Shown: positions 27,994 to 43,641 of the stretch, in pieces
Layout: every line of letters starts with the position of its first letter
Position numbering within the stretch: position 1 is the stretch's first letter
NCBI RefSeq assembly: GCF_009914755.1
Contig: NC_060928.1
Source: the human T2T-CHM13v2.0 reference genome, Homo sapiens
DNA length: 64,000 bases
Strand: one strand, 5' to 3'
Position numbers and translations under genes: made by a program
Notes under the pieces: model-generated
Told to the model about the DNA's origin: nothing
Database searches by the model: none
The model's input: the letters and a program-made list of their open reading frames with translations, nothing else

Positions 27994-30692
27994 CACACCC
28001 AGCACATTTCTCCTGCGACTGGCATCTGGCAAAGCCATCACACAAAGACTCTACATAACCAAGGAACTCATACAGAGTCTTCACCACTGAAAGCACCCGG
28101 AGCTGAAGCTAAGTGACAATAAACTACAAACATTTAAGTCACATGCTCAAGGGGGAGAAAAGGAAATTTTTAAAAGAACCCAGTACAATAAAAAATAAAT
28201 TCAAAAAATAGTTAGAAGAAATAGTCTGCTCACATGAGAAGGAACCAGAAAACTAATTCTGGCAATATGAAAAAACAGAGGGAGAGTCACCCCCAAGAGA
28301 TCACACCACTTCTCCAGCAGTGGATCCAAATTAAGATGAGATCTTTGAAATACCAGATAAAGAACTCAAAAGGTTGATTATTAAGTCACTGAAGGAGATA
28401 CAAAAGAACAGAAAGGCTAAAACCAACATAAATTTAAAAAACAATTCAGGATATGAATGAAAATTTTCTAAATTGATATTTTAAAGAAAAACCAACCAGA
28501 ACTTCTGGAAGCGAAAGACATATTTAGGGAACTACAACATGCAGTGGCAAGCTTTAACAATAGACTAGACCAAGTAGGAAAAAGAATTTCAGAACTCAAA
28601 GACAAGACTTTTGAATCAGCCCAGTCAGACAAAAATTATGACAGAAGAATTAAAAGAAATGAACAAAGTCATCCGGAAATAGGGAATTATACAAAATGGC
28701 CAAACTTAACAATTATAGGTGTTCCTAAGAGAAGAAAAAGAAAAAAAAATTGGAAAACTTATTTAAGGGAATAATTGAGGAAAACTCCCTGGCCTTGTTG
28801 GAGATTTAGACATCCAAATAAAAGAAGCTTAAAGAACTCCTGGGAAACTCATTGCAAAAAGGACATCACCAGGGCATATAGTCATCAGGCTATCTAAAGT
28901 CTGCATGAAGGAAAGAATTCCTAGAGCAGTTAGACAAAAGCATCAGGTAACCTATAAAGAAAAACAGACTAACAGCAGACTTCTCAGCAGAAACCTTATA
29001 AGCCAGAAGGGATTGGGGTCCTATCTTTAGTCTCATTAAACAGAATAACATCCAGCAAAACTAAGTTGTATAAATGAAGGAGAAATAAAGTCTCAAGACA
29101 AGCAAATGCCAAGGGAATTTGTCAATACTAGACTAGCCCTACAAGAAATGTTAAAAGGAGTTCTAAATCTTGAAACAAAAGGTTGATACATATCAGAATA
29201 GAAATTTCTGAAGGCATAAAATTCACAAGGATTTCATAAAACAATAATACAGTGAAGAAAACAGTCACTAGGTAACAACATGATGATCTATTTAAAAGAT
29301 ACAGATTGGCAGAATGGATAAAAAAATTGCAAACCAAGTATCTGCTGACTTTAGAAGACACAGATAACACATAAGGATTCTTACAGACTCAAGGTAGAGG
29401 GATGGAAAAAGATTTCGCACAAGTTGAAATCAAAAGCAAGCAAGAGTAGCCATTATATCAGATCAAACAGACTATAAAAGCAACAGCAGTAAAAAAAAAA
29501 AAAAAAAAAAAAAGACAAGGTCATTATATAATAGTAAAAAGTTCAACAAGAAAATGTTACAGTCCTAAGCATATATGCACCTAACTTTGGAGCTTCCATG
29601 TTTGTAAAGCAATTACTGCTAGACCTAAGAAAAGACACAGACAGCAACACAAAAATAGTTTGGGACTTCAGTACTCCACTGGTGACAGTAGACAAATCAT
29701 TGAGGCAGAAAGTCAACAAAGAAACACTGGAGTCAAGCTACACTGTAGAACAAATAGATCTAACATATTTATAGAACATTCCACCCAGGAACCGCAGAAT
29801 AAACATGATTCTCATCAGCACACACAACATTCTCCAAGGTATATCACATGATAGGCCACAAAACAAGTCTCAATAATTTTTTAAAAATCAGAATTATATC
29901 AGGTATCTTCTCAGATCACAGCAGAATAAAACTGGAACTCAATTCTAAAAAGAACCCAAAACCATACATAGACATGGAAATGAACAATCTGCTCTTGAAT
30001 GTTGTCTGGGTTAACAGTGAAATGAAGATGGAAATTTAAAAAATTTTTGCAGTGAATGATAACAGTGAAACAAGTTTTCAGAACTTCTGGGATACAGCAA
30101 AAGCAGTGCTAACAAATGTGCTAAACACCTACATAAAAAAATATGAAATATTATAAATTGGCAACCTAACATCACACCTCAAGGAACTAGAGAAACAAGA
30201 ACAAATCAAACCCAAAGCTAGCAGAAGAAAAATAACAAAGATCAGAGCATAATTAAATGAAATTGAAACAAAAAAATACAAAATATCAGTGAAAAAAAAG
30301 CTGGTTCTTTGAAAAGATAAGCAAAACTGATAAACTACTCGCTAGATGAACCAAGAAAAGAACACAGAAGATTCAAATAATCTCAATTGGAAATGAAAAT
30401 GGAGACATTACAACTGCTACCACACAAATACAAAACATCATTCGAGACTACTGTGGACACCTGTTATGCATACAAACTAGAAAATCTAGAGGGAATAGAT
30501 ACATTCCTGGAATCATACAACCCCTCAAGCTTGAATCAAGAAGAAATAGAAATCCTGAACACATCAATAGCAAGCAGTGAGATTGATTCAGTAATTTAAA
30601 AAAAATAAATAAAACTGCCAATTTTAAGAAGCCCACAGCCAGATGGAGACAGCTGAATTCTACCAGATATTCAAAGAAATGATACCAGTTCT

Positions 30693-31056
<364 letters not shown>

Positions 31057-31205
31057 CTAACTCATCTTATGGGGCCAGTATCACCCTGATGCCAAAACCA
31101 GGGAAGGACATAACAAAAAAGAAAACTACAGACCAATATACCTGATGAACATAGATGTGAAAATTCTTAACAAAATATTAGCAAACTGAATCCAATAGCA
31201 CATCA

Positions 31206-31565
<360 letters not shown>

Positions 31566-34459
31566 TCAGAGATGGTTCAGCATATGCAAGTCAATAAATG
31601 TGATTCATCATATGAACAGAATTAAAAACAAAAATGGTATGATCATCTCAATAAATGCAGAAAAAGCATTTGATAAAATTCAGCATCCCTTTATGATAAA
31701 AACCCTCAACAAACTAGGCATAGAAGGAACATACCTCAAAATAAAGCCATATGTGACACACTCAACAGCCAGCATCATGCTGAACAAGGAGAAGCTGAAA
31801 GTATTCCCCCTAAGGACTGGAACAAGGGAAGCATGCCCGCTTTCACTGCTTCTATTCAACATATTATAGTACTAGAAGTCCTAACCAGAGGAATCAGGCA
31901 AAAGAAAGAAACAAAGGGCATCCAAATTGGAAAAGAGGAAGTCCGGTGATCTCTGTTTGCCAATGATTGGATACCTAGAAAACCCTAAGGACTCCTCCAG
32001 AAGACTCCTCAATCAGATAAATGAATTGAATAAAGTCTCAGTATACAAAATCAGTGTACACAAAATAGTAGCACTGCTATACACCAACAACAGCCAAGCA
32101 GAGAATCAACTCAGTAACTCAATTCCTTTTACAATTGATATATATATACACACACGCACACCACACATACATACACACACACACACATACATATACACAC
32201 ACACACTTAACCAAGGAGGCAAAAAATCTTCACAAGGAGAACTACAAAACACTGCTGAAAGAAATAATAGATGACACAAACGAATGAAAATACATTCCAT
32301 AAGAATCTGTATTCTGAAAACGACCATACTGCCCAAAGAATCAGTGAAATTCCTATCAAAATATCAGCATAATTTTTCACAGAATTAGAAAAAAAAATCC
32401 TAAAATTCATATGGAACCAAAAAAGAGCCCAAATAGCCAAAATCCTAAGCAAAAGGAATAAATCTAGAGGCATCACATTACCCCACTTCAAACTATACTA
32501 TAAGGCTATAGTAAACCAAAACAGTGTGGTACTGGCATAAAAGTAGGTACTTAGAATAATAGAACAGAATAGGGAACCCAGAAATAAAGCCAAATACAAC
32601 CAACTGATCTTTGACAATGCATACAAAAGCAGAGTGGGGAAAGGACACACTATTCAATAAATGGTGCTGAGGAAATTGGATAACCATGTAGAAGAATGAA
32701 ACTGGACCCTTGCCTGTCACCACATACAAAAATTAACTCAAGATGGATTAAAGACTTAAGATCTGAAACCATAAACATTCTGGAAGAAAACCTAGCAAAA
32801 ACTCTTCTGGACATTGGCCTAGGCAAAGAATTTATGACTAAGACCCCAAAAGCAAATGCAAGAAAAACAAAGATAAATAAATGCAACTTAACTAAACAAA
32901 GCTTCTGCACAGCAAAAGAAATAATCATCAGAATAAACAGACAACCTACAGAATGGGAGAAAATATTTGCAAATTATGCATCTGACAGCCAATATCCAGA
33001 ATCTTCAAGGAACAAGTAATTCCATTAAAAAGTGGGCAAATGACATGACCAGACATTTCTCAAAAGAAATACACAAATGGCCAACAAACATGAAAAAATG
33101 TTCAACATCACTAATCTTCAGGGAACTGCAAATTAAAACCACCGTGAGATACCACCTTACCCCACCCAGAATGGCCATGATTAAAAAGTCAAAAAGTAGA
33201 TGTTGGCATGAATGTGGTGAAAAAGGAATGCTTATACGTTGCTGGTGATAAAACAGTATGTAGAGATCTCAAAGAAGTAAAAGTAGATCTACCATTTAAC
33301 CCAGCATTCCCACTACTGGGTATCTACCCAAAGGAAAAAAAGTCACTATATCAAAACTGCACATAGGTGTATTGCAGCACAGTTCACAGTTGCAAAGATA
33401 TGGAATCAACCTCAGTGCCCAACAACCAATGAGTAGATAAAGAAAATGGGGTTTATATATACCATGGAATACTACTTAACAAAAAAGAATGAAATAATAT
33501 CTTGCAGTGACTTGGATAGAACCAATAATGGTAGGCCATTATTCTAAGTGAAACAACTCAGGAATCAAAAAACCAGATACCACATGTTCTCACTTATAAG
33601 TGGGGACTTAGCTGTGGGTACACGAAGCCACACAGAGTGGCATAATGGACATTGGAGACTCAGAAGAGGGGAGGGTGCTGGGGAGTGAGGGATAAAAAAC
33701 TACCTATAGGGTACAATGTACACTACCGGGGTGACGGGTGAACTAAAACCTTAGACTTCCCTACTACGTACTTCATCCATGTAATCAAAAACCACTTGTA
33801 CCCCTAAAGCTATTGAAATAAAAAATTTTATTTAAAAAATAGAATTACAGTATGATCTAGTAATACTACTTCTGGGTGTATATCCAAAAGAATTGAAAGC
33901 AGGATCTTGCAGGATCTTGCACACCCATGTTTGTAGCAGCACTGTTCACAATAGCTAAACGTTTGAAGCAACCCAAGTATCCATCACGGGATGAATGGAT
34001 ACATATATGTGGTATATACATACAAGAAAATATTACCCAGCCTTAAAATGGAAGAAAATTTTGACACATGCTACCACATGGATAAACCTTGAAGACATTA
34101 TGTTAAGTGAAATAGCCAATCACGAAAAGATAAATACTGTACAATTCCACTTACCTAGAGTAGTCAAATTCATAGCAACAAGTAGGGTAGTGGTTGCCAG
34201 ATTCTGTGGGGAGGTGGAAAATGGAGAGCAACTTAATGGGTTATACTGTTTCAATTTTATAAGATGAAAAAGTTTTGGAGATTGATTGCATAACAATGTG
34301 AATATACTTAACAGTACTGAACTATACACATAGGTTAAGATGGTAATTTTTATGTTACGTGTTTTTTACAATAATTTTTAAAAATAATCTAGGAACAATT
34401 CTTTCATAAGGTCATAATTTAGAAGCAGTGGCAGATTTAGACAGCATTATTACTATTTT

Positions 34460-36340
34460 TAATTATTTTCAAGAGCAGTTTTCACAGCAAAATTGAGAAG
34501 AAAGCACAGAGAGTTCCCCTGTACTGCCTGTTCCCATACATGCACAACTGTTGACATCCCTCGCTAGAGTGGTACATTCGTTAAAATTGATGACCCTACA
34601 TTGACACATCATCACCCCAAGTTCGTACTTTACCTTAGGGTTCATTCTTGGTGTTGTACATTCTGTGGATTTTGACAAATGTATAATGACATGTATCCGC
34701 CACTGTAGTATACAGAAAAGTTTCTCTGCCTTAAAAACCCTCTGTGTTCAGCCTGTTCTTCCTTCCTCACTAACTTCTAGCACCCTCTTGTCTTTTTACT
34801 GCCTCTATAGTTTTACCCTTTCCAGAACATCATATAGTTGGAATCATACAGTATGTAGCCTTTTCAAATTGGGTTTTTTGTTTGTTTGAGACAGCATCTT
34901 GCTCTGTTGCCCAGGCTGGAGTACAGTGTTGTGATGTTGGCTCACAGCAGCCTCTACCTCCTGGGCTCAAATGATCCTCCCACCCCAGCCTCCCAAGTAG
35001 TTGGGACTACAGGAATGCACCAGCACACCCAGCTAATTTTTGTATTGTTTGTAGAGACGGGTTTCGCTATGTTCCCCAGGCTAGTCTCAAACTCCTGGGC
35101 TGAAGCAATCCACTGCCTCAGCCTCCCAAAATGTTGGGATTACAGACATGAACCACTGCACTTGGCCTAGGTTCTTTCATTTAGTAATTTGCATAAATTT
35201 CCTCCATGTCTTTTTGTGACTTAATAGCTTATTTACGTTTAGTGCTAAATAATCTTCCATTTATGTATGTACCACATTTTATCTGTTCACTGAAGGGTCT
35301 CTTGATTGCTTCCAAGTTTTGGCAATTATAAATTGTTATAAATAAATAAGGCTGCTGTAAACATCTGTGTGTAAATTTTTCTGTGGGTAAGTAAGTTTTC
35401 AGTTCATTTGGGCAAATACCAAAGAACACAATTGCTGAATCATATGTAAGAGTATGTTTAATTTTGCGAGAAACTACCAAACTCTGTTTCATAGTGGCTG
35501 TACCAGTTTGCATTCCTTCTAGCAGTGAGTGAGAGTTCCTGTTGCTTCACATCCTTGTCAGCATTTGGTGTTGTCAGTGTTACAGGATTTGGCCATTCTA
35601 ATAATTTTGTTATAGTATCTCATTATTGTTTTAATTTGCAATTCCCTTATGACATATGATGTTGAACATCTTTTCATATGCTTACTAGCCACTTTACATT
35701 GTCTTTGATGAAACATCTGTTTTGATAAAACATCTGTTCTGATCTTTTGCCCATTTTTAGTTGGGTTGTTTTCTTAATGTTGAGTATTAAGAATTCTTTG
35801 TATATTTTAGATAACAGTCCTTTATCAGATGTGTTCTTTGCAAATACATTCTCCCAGTCCGTGGCTTGTCTTCTCAGTCCTTCATATGTTTTCTGTGGAG
35901 CAGAAATCTTAAATTTTAATGAAGTACAGCCTATCAGTTTTTTCTTTCATGGATTATGGCATTGGTGTCGTATCTAAGAAGTCATCACCATACCCACGGT
36001 CATCTAGGTTTTCTCCTATGCTCTCTTTATGAGCTTTATGGTTTGCATTTTGCACTTAGGTCTGTGATCCATTTTGAGTTAATTTTTATGAACAGTGTAA
36101 GATCTTTATGTGGATTCATTTTTTGCATGTGGATGTCCAGCACCATTATTCCAGCACCATTGTGGAAAATACAGTCTTTTCACCTTTGCATTGCCTTTCC
36201 ACTTTGTCAGAGATCAGTTGACTACATTAATGTGGGTCTGTTTCTGGGCTCCCTGTTCCACTGACCTATTTGTCTGTTCTTTCACCAATACCACATTGTC
36301 TTGATTATTGTAGCTTTCCAGCTAGTCTTGAAGTCTGGTG
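34460..36340 (-). mobile_element. L1MC/L1MD-type 3' fragment with AluJ insertion (34875-35168, - strand)
   Basis: Antisense L1 3'UTR (gagcagttttcacagcaaaattgag..ttgatgaccctacattgacacatc); antisense AluJ. Confidence 0.78.
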
Positions 36341-36827
36341 ATAGACACGGAATTATTTTGATAACACTTGTCAACTAAAGTTTGTGGATTTTTAAGCTAG
36401 TGATCTGTTACCAACCTAATTCTACTCTGCCCTGTGCTCTCATTTGTCTTCGCAGTACTCCAGTTGGAAAAATGGAGCTGCTGTAGTTGAATTAACAACC
36501 AAGCTTGGCTTTCTGTAATTTTTTTTTTCCAATTGTAAGTGGTGTTCTATCATAACACTATTTAAGAGGCAAGGATAGTGCCTCTGGTACCTACAACAAA
36601 TATGTAACTCATTTTTAATTAAGAAGTTTAGGTTAAGTGAAGTTAAAGCAGCCAGATGGAATTTTAAAATTATATATGTATTCTGTTTATTATACAAGTA
36701 TTTGGTAGGTTGCAATGATAAAAAATATTAAAACGGTGGCTTGTAAGTACTATAAACATGAATATAGTCTTTATGATTTGGTATTAGTTACGGCGCTTTT
36801 TTTCTTCTTTTGTTTTAGGAGTCTACC

Positions 36828-36920
36828 ATGGCTCAAGAATCTCCCAAAAATTCAGCAGCAGAAATTCCAGTGACTAGTAATGGAGAAGTTGATGACTCTC
36901 GTGAACATAGCTTTAATAGG
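36828..36920 (+). CDS. ARFIP1: First coding exon of arfaptin-1 (ADP-ribosylation factor interacting protein 1); exon 36819-36920 = 9 nt 5'UTR + 93 nt CDS, phase-0 donor
   Basis: Polypyrimidine tract and acceptor (ttttcttcttttgttttag|G, AG 36817-36818); strong Kozak accATGg at 36828; translation MAQESPKNSAAEIPVTSNGEVDDSREHSFNR matches the arfaptin-1 N-terminus as I recall it; donor AGG|GTAAGA at 36920/36921. Too short for the ORF track. No further ARFIP1 coding exon was recognised in the window. Confidence 0.95.
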
Positions 36921-37822
36921 GTAAGAACACTTTTCTTTCTCTTAATGCAAAGAATCATGGTAAGTCTTTAAATGTTGAGATGAAAGTAATAGACAAAATT
37001 TAATATAGGATTGTTTTCTTAGATTGGCTTCAGTCAGGAATCTAATGTTATTATATAGGGATGACAAGGAAGGCCATTTTAGTAGTTTGTCAAGATTAAG
37101 CTCCAGGCCAGTAAACTATTAGGCTTTGGTTTATTTTCAGTAATTGATCAGCACAAAAGTATGTCTGATGATTTTGGTATCTAACTTTATAAGACTATTA
37201 ATTCTGTTTGTAATAAAAAGATTATCCTTTTAAAATTGGCACTAATAACTTTTCTATATATATGTCATTTAGTACATAATTTCTAAATAGCCACTTCTGA
37301 TTTTGCTGTTCATTTTCTAAAGTGCCATACTTGACTCAGTGGAAAATGATACTCGGGGTGCATTTAATTTTGATCTGTCTCTCAGTCGAAATTTAATTTT
37401 ATTGCATTTTAATGGGAACACCATGGGTTTGAAGATAATCTGGGTTCAAATTTCAGCTATGCCACATTTCTAGCAGTATAACCTTGAGCCAGTTATTTAT
37501 TTAATCTCTTCAGGTTTTTGTTTTCTAATCTCTACAATGAATATCTTATTTACTTTCATGAAGATATTAATATTAAATGAGATAATATGTCTAATATAGT
37601 CATAGAAATGATAGTGATGGTTATTATTTCTGGAGATACTTGCATTAAACATTCCTTTTTATGACATTTGATGCAAGTGTACAACTTTAAAAACAGAGTT
37701 TTCGTATTTTTGAAAAAGTAGTGGTTGAAATGTACTTAAATTATTATGTAGTTTAAATAGGACTCTTTACTCCATGTGTTTAAGAATAAAATCTTTTAGT
37801 TAGCAGAAGGTGATAACTTAAA

Positions 37823-38043
37823 TCAGGATTTCTCAGTCTTAGCACTGTTGACATTTTGGGCCAAATTGTACTTTGTTGGGTGTATTGGCCTATACATTGT
37901 AGGATGGTTGGCACATTCCTGGCCTCTTCCTACTATTTAATAGATGCCAGTAGTACCCTGCAGTTATGACAAGCAGATATGTCCAGATATTGCTGAATGT
38001 CTCCAGGAGAGGGGACAAATTCCTCCTTGGTTGAGAATTACTG
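37823..38043. mobile_element. MER20
   Basis: tttctcagtcttagcactgttgacattttgggcc..tagatgccagtagtacc..gtccagatattgctgaatgtctcc..ggttgagaattactg. Confidence 0.8.
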
Positions 38044-38649
38044 TTATAAATAGATCGGTTTAAATAATAGTAGAAGTGTCCACTGAATTTCATTTATTTT
38101 TGCATTAACAGTCTTTTGAAAAGAACTAGTATGTCTTCAAGCTCGAGGTTTATTTTAATGGCAAGTGCTTTAACTTGGTTTCTGAGCACTTGTGGTCCAA
38201 TATAGAGTGACTCATAGAACCAAGAGACTTTTAAATTCTGAGCACACAAAAGAAATTTTCATTTCAGATTTTAGTCTTTCCAAGACACACCTGCATAATA
38301 AAGAAACTCAAGTTAGCATCATTAGACTATACCAATTACCTGATAAACTTTTACTAATTTTAATACTAATTATGCCAAGATTCAAGTTAATGATTTCTTC
38401 ATCTTATTTTTGGTAACAGCTCTTTTTGCAAACTTACTATGCAAGTATTTACTGAATATCTGCTCTGTACCAGGTACTGGGGATATACAGTGAACAAAAA
38501 TATCTGTCATCAGGTAGTTGATATTTTAAAAGACAATCTGATGAAAGCTGAGGACCTTTATCCAAGAGTAATGCAATACATAGAAAATGTTGCATTCATG
38601 GTTAGGGAAGTCACTTGCCATCTTAAGCCTATTTTTTTTCTTCTTCTTC

Positions 38650-40030
38650 TTTATTGAGGTATAGCTTCTACACAGCAGAAAGCACAAATGTTAAGTGTAC
38701 CACTCAAGAGAACTACCGCTCAGATAAAGATGTAGAACATTTCCAGGACCTCAGAAGGCTTCCTTATGCCCTCTAGGCAATACAACTCATCCCATCCTGG
38801 GATAACCACATTAACCTAACTCTATAATCATAAATTGCTTTTGGCTGTTTCTGAAATACCTATCAGTGGAATCATACAGTGTGTACTCTTTTTCAACTGG
38901 CTTTCACTCAACATTATGTCTGTGAGATTCAGTCATATTGTTGCTTATAGCAGTTTTTCTATCTTTTTTTTTAAATTTTAAGTTCTGGGATACATATGCA
39001 GAACGTGCAGGTTTGTTACATAGGTATACATGTGCCATGGTGGTTCGCTGCACCTGTCAACCCATCATCTAGGTTTTAAGCCCTGCATGCATTAGGTATT
39101 TGTCCTAATGCTCTCCCTCCCTTTGCCCCCCACCCCCCGAGTATTTCAGTGTTTAAAATTGTAGTATAGTTTTCCAGTGTGTTAATATACCACAGTTTGT
39201 ATATCCATTCTTCAGCTGATTGTTATCTAGGTTGTTTCCAGTTTATGATTATTATGAATAAAGCTGCTGTGACCATTCTTGTGCAGATTTTTTGGTGTAC
39301 TTGATTATTTGTTTTTATTGAGTACATACCCAAGAGTGAAATTGCCAGGTCACGAGTATATGAATGTTTGGCAAATGGTTGGACCAGCTGGCAACACCAG
39401 CAATGAATGAGAGTTCTAGTTGTTCCACATCCTTACTAGCTCTTCATATTGTCATACATTTCAATTTTAGCCATTCTTTTAATGGTATCCCATTGTGGTT
39501 ATAAAATGCTGTTCCCTGATGACTATGATGTTGAGCACATTTTCATATTCTTATTGACCATTGGAGATTGTCTTTTATAAAGTACTTTTCCAAGCCTTTT
39601 GCCCGTTTTTCTACTGGGTGTGTGTCTTTTTTTCTAATCTATTTGTAGGAGTTCTTTATATATTCTGGGTATATGCCATTTGTTTGGATGTATATATGCA
39701 AATATCTTCTTCCAGTCTATGTCTTGTTTTTGTACTCTATTAATGGCATCTTTTGATGAACAGAAGTTGTTAATTTTAATGAAGTCCAATTTCTCAGTGT
39801 TTCCTTCTGTAGTAATTTTTATGTCGCATTTAAGAAATCTTTGCCTACTTCAGTATCTTGAAGACACTTTGTTTCTTCTAAAAGTTGTGTTGTTTTGTTT
39901 TTCACACTATGGTCTGTGATTCATCTTGAATTAGTTTTTGTGTATGATGTGAAGTAGGGACCAAGATTTTTCTTCCTCTCATGTAAATATTCAATTGATC
40001 AGCACTGTTTTTTGAAAAGACTCTTCTTTC
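38650..40030 (-). mobile_element. L1ME-type fragment (resumes ~43642-43850) containing a ~170-bp L1PA 3' end (38965-39138)
   Basis: Antisense L1M 3' end; L1PA tail ttttaagttctgggatacatatgcagaacgtgcaggtttgttacataggtatacatgtgccatgg. Confidence 0.72.
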
Positions 40031-43000
40031 TATACATATGCAAAAAAATTAAATTGGATCTTTATCTTACACCATACACAAAACTAACTCAAAATAAATT
40101 AAAAGCCTAACTGTAAGACCTGAAATTATAAAACTTCTAGAAGAAAACATAGGGGAGAAGCTCCATGACATTGGTCTTGGCAATAATTTTTTGATATGAT
40201 GTCAAAAGCACAGGCAACAAAAAAATAAACAAGTGGGACTACGTCAAACTAAAAACTTTCTGCACAGCAAAGGAAACAATCAACAAAATGAAAAGGCATC
40301 CTATGGAATGGGAGAAAATATTTGTAAACCATATATCTGATAAAGTGTTAATATCCAAAATATGTAAAGAACTCATACAAGTCAATAGCAGAAAAACAGC
40401 TCAATTTAAAACTGGGGATTTGAGTAGACATTTTTCAAAAAAAAAAAAAAAGTACAAATGGCCAACAGGTATGTGAAAAGGTGCTCAACATCACTAATCA
40501 TCAGAGAAATGCTAATCAAAACCTCAGTGAGATATCAGTTCATACCTATTAGGATGACTATTATCAAAAAGTCCAAAGGTAAGTGTTGACCCTTATATAC
40601 TGTTAGTGGAAATGTCAGTTGGTACATCTGTTGTGGAAAACAGTATGGCAATTTCTTAAAAAATTAAAGTAGAACGACCATAAGATCTAGCAGTTCCATT
40701 TCTGGGTATATATTCAAAGGAAATTAAATCACTGTCTTGAATAGTTATCTGTACTCCCATGTTCTTTGCAGCATTATAAACAATAGCCAAAATATGGAAA
40801 TAACCTAAGTGTCTGTTAATGGATGAATGGATAAAGAAAATATATACATACACATACACCCACAGACAATGCGATATCATTCAAGCTCTATTAAAAAGGA
40901 AGAAATCCTACCATTTGTAACAGCATAGGTGAACCTGGAAGATATTAGGCTAAGTACAATAAGCCAGACACAGGAAGACAAATACGGCATGATTCTGTAC
41001 TTACATGTGGAATCTTAAAGTTGAATTCATAGAAACAGATAGTAGATAGGTGATTATAGGGAGTATGTTAGTCTGTTTTTGAGTTGCTATAAAGAAATAC
41101 CTGAGGCTAGGTAATTTATAAAGAAGAATTTTGTTTTGGCTCACAGTTCTGCAGGCTGTGCAGGAAGTATGATGCCAACATCTGCTCAGCTTCTGGTGGG
41201 GCCTCAGGGAGCTTTTACCCATGGTGGAAGGCAAAGCAGGCACATCACATGGTGAGAGAGGGAGCAAGAGAGAAAAGGTGGAGGTCCCAGACTCTTTTAA
41301 ACAACCAGATCTTGTGTAAACTAACTGAGCAAGAACTCACCTATTACCAAGGGAGTGGTGTTAAACCATTCATGAGGAATCCGCCCCCATGATCCAGTCA
41401 CTTCCCACAAGGCCCCACCTCTAACATTGGGAATCACATTTCAACATGGGATTTGGAGGGACAAACTTTGCCCCTAGCCCCCTAAATCTCTTGTTCTCAC
41501 ATTTCAAAATGTAGTCATGCCTTCACAGTAGTTTCCTAAAGTCTTAACTCATTCCAGTATTAACTCTCAAGTCTAAACTCTCAACTAGAGACGAATTTCT
41601 TCCACCTATGAGTGTGCGAGACCAAAAACAAGTTATTTACTCCCAAGATACAATGGTAGTACCGGTATTAGGTATACATTCCCATTCCAAAAGGGAGAAT
41701 TTGGCCAAAAGAAGGGGAATAGGCCCCACACAAATCTGAAACCCAGCAGGGAAATCATTAAATCTTAAAGTTCCAAAACCATCTCCTTTACTCTGTGCTC
41801 TGCATCCTGGGCACACTGGTGCACGGGATGGGCACCTCAGGCTTTGGGCAGCTCTGCCCCAGCCTCCATGGCTGCTCTCACTGGTTGGAGTTGAGTGCCT
41901 GTGCCTTTTCCACACTGAGATTGCAAGCTGTTGGTGGTTCTACCATTCTCGGGTCTGGAGGGTGGTGGCTCCCTTCCCACAGCTCTCCTAGGCAGTGGCC
42001 CAGTAGGGACTCTGTGTGGGGGCTGCAGTTGCCAAACTTCTTTCAGTCTTGCATTCTCTGCACCTACAGGCTTAACACCACATGGAAGCTGCCAAGACAT
42101 ATGGCAGCTTATATTCTCCAAAGTGGCAGCTGGCACAGCTGGGATGTGGGGAGCAGTGTCCCAAGGTTGCACAGGGCAGCAGCATACTGGGTCTGGCCCA
42201 CAAAACCATTCTTTTCTTCTAGGCCTCTGGTCTTGTGATAGGAGGGGCTGTCCCAAAGACTTCTGAAATGCCCTTTAAGGCCTTTTTCCCATTGTCTTGG
42301 ATGTTAGCACATGGCTCCCCTTTAGTCACGCTAATCTCTCTAGCAAGTGGCTGCTCCACAGTCTGCTCGGATTCTTTCTCTACCACAGGGCCAGCCTGCA
42401 AATTTTCCAAACTTTTATGCTCTGCTTTCCTTTTAAATATAAGTTCCAACTTTAAGTCATTTATTTGCTCTCATATCCAATCTTAGGCTGTTAGAGGCAG
42501 CCAAGTCACCTCTTGAATGCTTTGCTGTTTAGAAATTTCTTCTGCCAGATAACCTAATTTGTCACTCTTAAGTTCAAACTTCCACAGATCCCTAGGACAT
42601 GAATGCAGTGCAGCCAAGCTCTTTGCTAGGGTATACCATGGGTGACTTTTACTTCAGTTCCCATTCGCTTCCTCATTTCCATCTGAAACCTTGTCAGCCT
42701 GGACTTCACTGTCCATATTTCTATCAGCATTTTGGTCACAACCATTTAACCAGTCTCTAAGAGGTTCCAAATTTTCCTTCACCTTCCTGTCTTCTTCTGA
42801 GCCCTCTCAATTCTTCCAACCTCTGCTCATTACCCAGTTCCAGAGCTGCTTCCACATATTCAGGAACATTTATAGCAATACTTACTCCTCGGTATCAATT
42901 TTCTGTGTTAGTCCATACTTATGTTGCTATAAAGAAATACATGAAACTGGGTAATTTATAAAAAAAAGAGTTTTATTTGGCTCACAGTTCTGCAGGCAGT

Positions 43001-43641
43001 AAAGGAAGCGTGGTACCAACATCTGCTCCTGGTGAGGGCCTCAAGAAGTTTCCAATCATAAGTGGTAGGTAAAAGGGGAGCAGACACATCACATGGTGAG
43101 AGCAGGAGCAAGAGAGAAAGGGGAGGACCCAGAGTCTTTTAAACAACCAGATCTCATGTGGACTGGGTGAGAACTCATCACCAAGGGGATGGTCCTAAAC
43201 CATTCATGAGGGATCTGCCCTCATGATCCAGTCACCTCCCTCCTAGCACCATCTCCAACATTGAGAATCACATTTCAGCATGAGATTTGGAGGAGACGAA
43301 CATCCAAAACCATATGTTGAAGAGGTGCGGGAGGAAGATTTTGATAAAAGGATACAAACCTGCAGTTGACGGGTAAGTTCTGGAGATATAATATACAGCA
43401 TGCTAACTATAGTTTATTGACTATGTGATGTTTTATATACTTGAAATGTGCTGAGAGTAGATCTTAAGTATTCTCACCCACACATACAAATAAAAATGAT
43501 AACTGTGAAGTAATGGATATGCTCATCAGTTTGATTGGTAATCCTTTCATAGTATAAATGTAAATGGAAACCACGTTGTACACCTTACAATTAAATACAA
43601 TTTTAATTGTCAATTATACCTCAATAAAGCTGGGAGAAAAA
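40031..43641 (+). mobile_element. L1MA/L1MB-type 3' fragment, interrupted by an MST element
   Basis: ORF2 remnant 40288-40476; 3' end ..caattatacctcaataaagctggg; degenerate TSD aaaagact(c/a)t..cttc at ~40015-40030 and ~43640-43655. Confidence 0.78.
41064..43317 (-). mobile_element. MST-type MaLR element with LTR (~41064-41466), internal region and LTR (~42905-43317)
   Basis: Two homologous LTRs (gttgctataaagaaatac..gggtaatttata..ttggctcacagttctgcagg..cacatttca.catg.gatttggagg) flanking typical MST-int sequence. Confidence 0.87.

Noticed and set aside
41637-42486. Overlapping 110-147 aa ORFs on both strands
   Set aside because: Chance ORFs in GC-richer MST internal sequence
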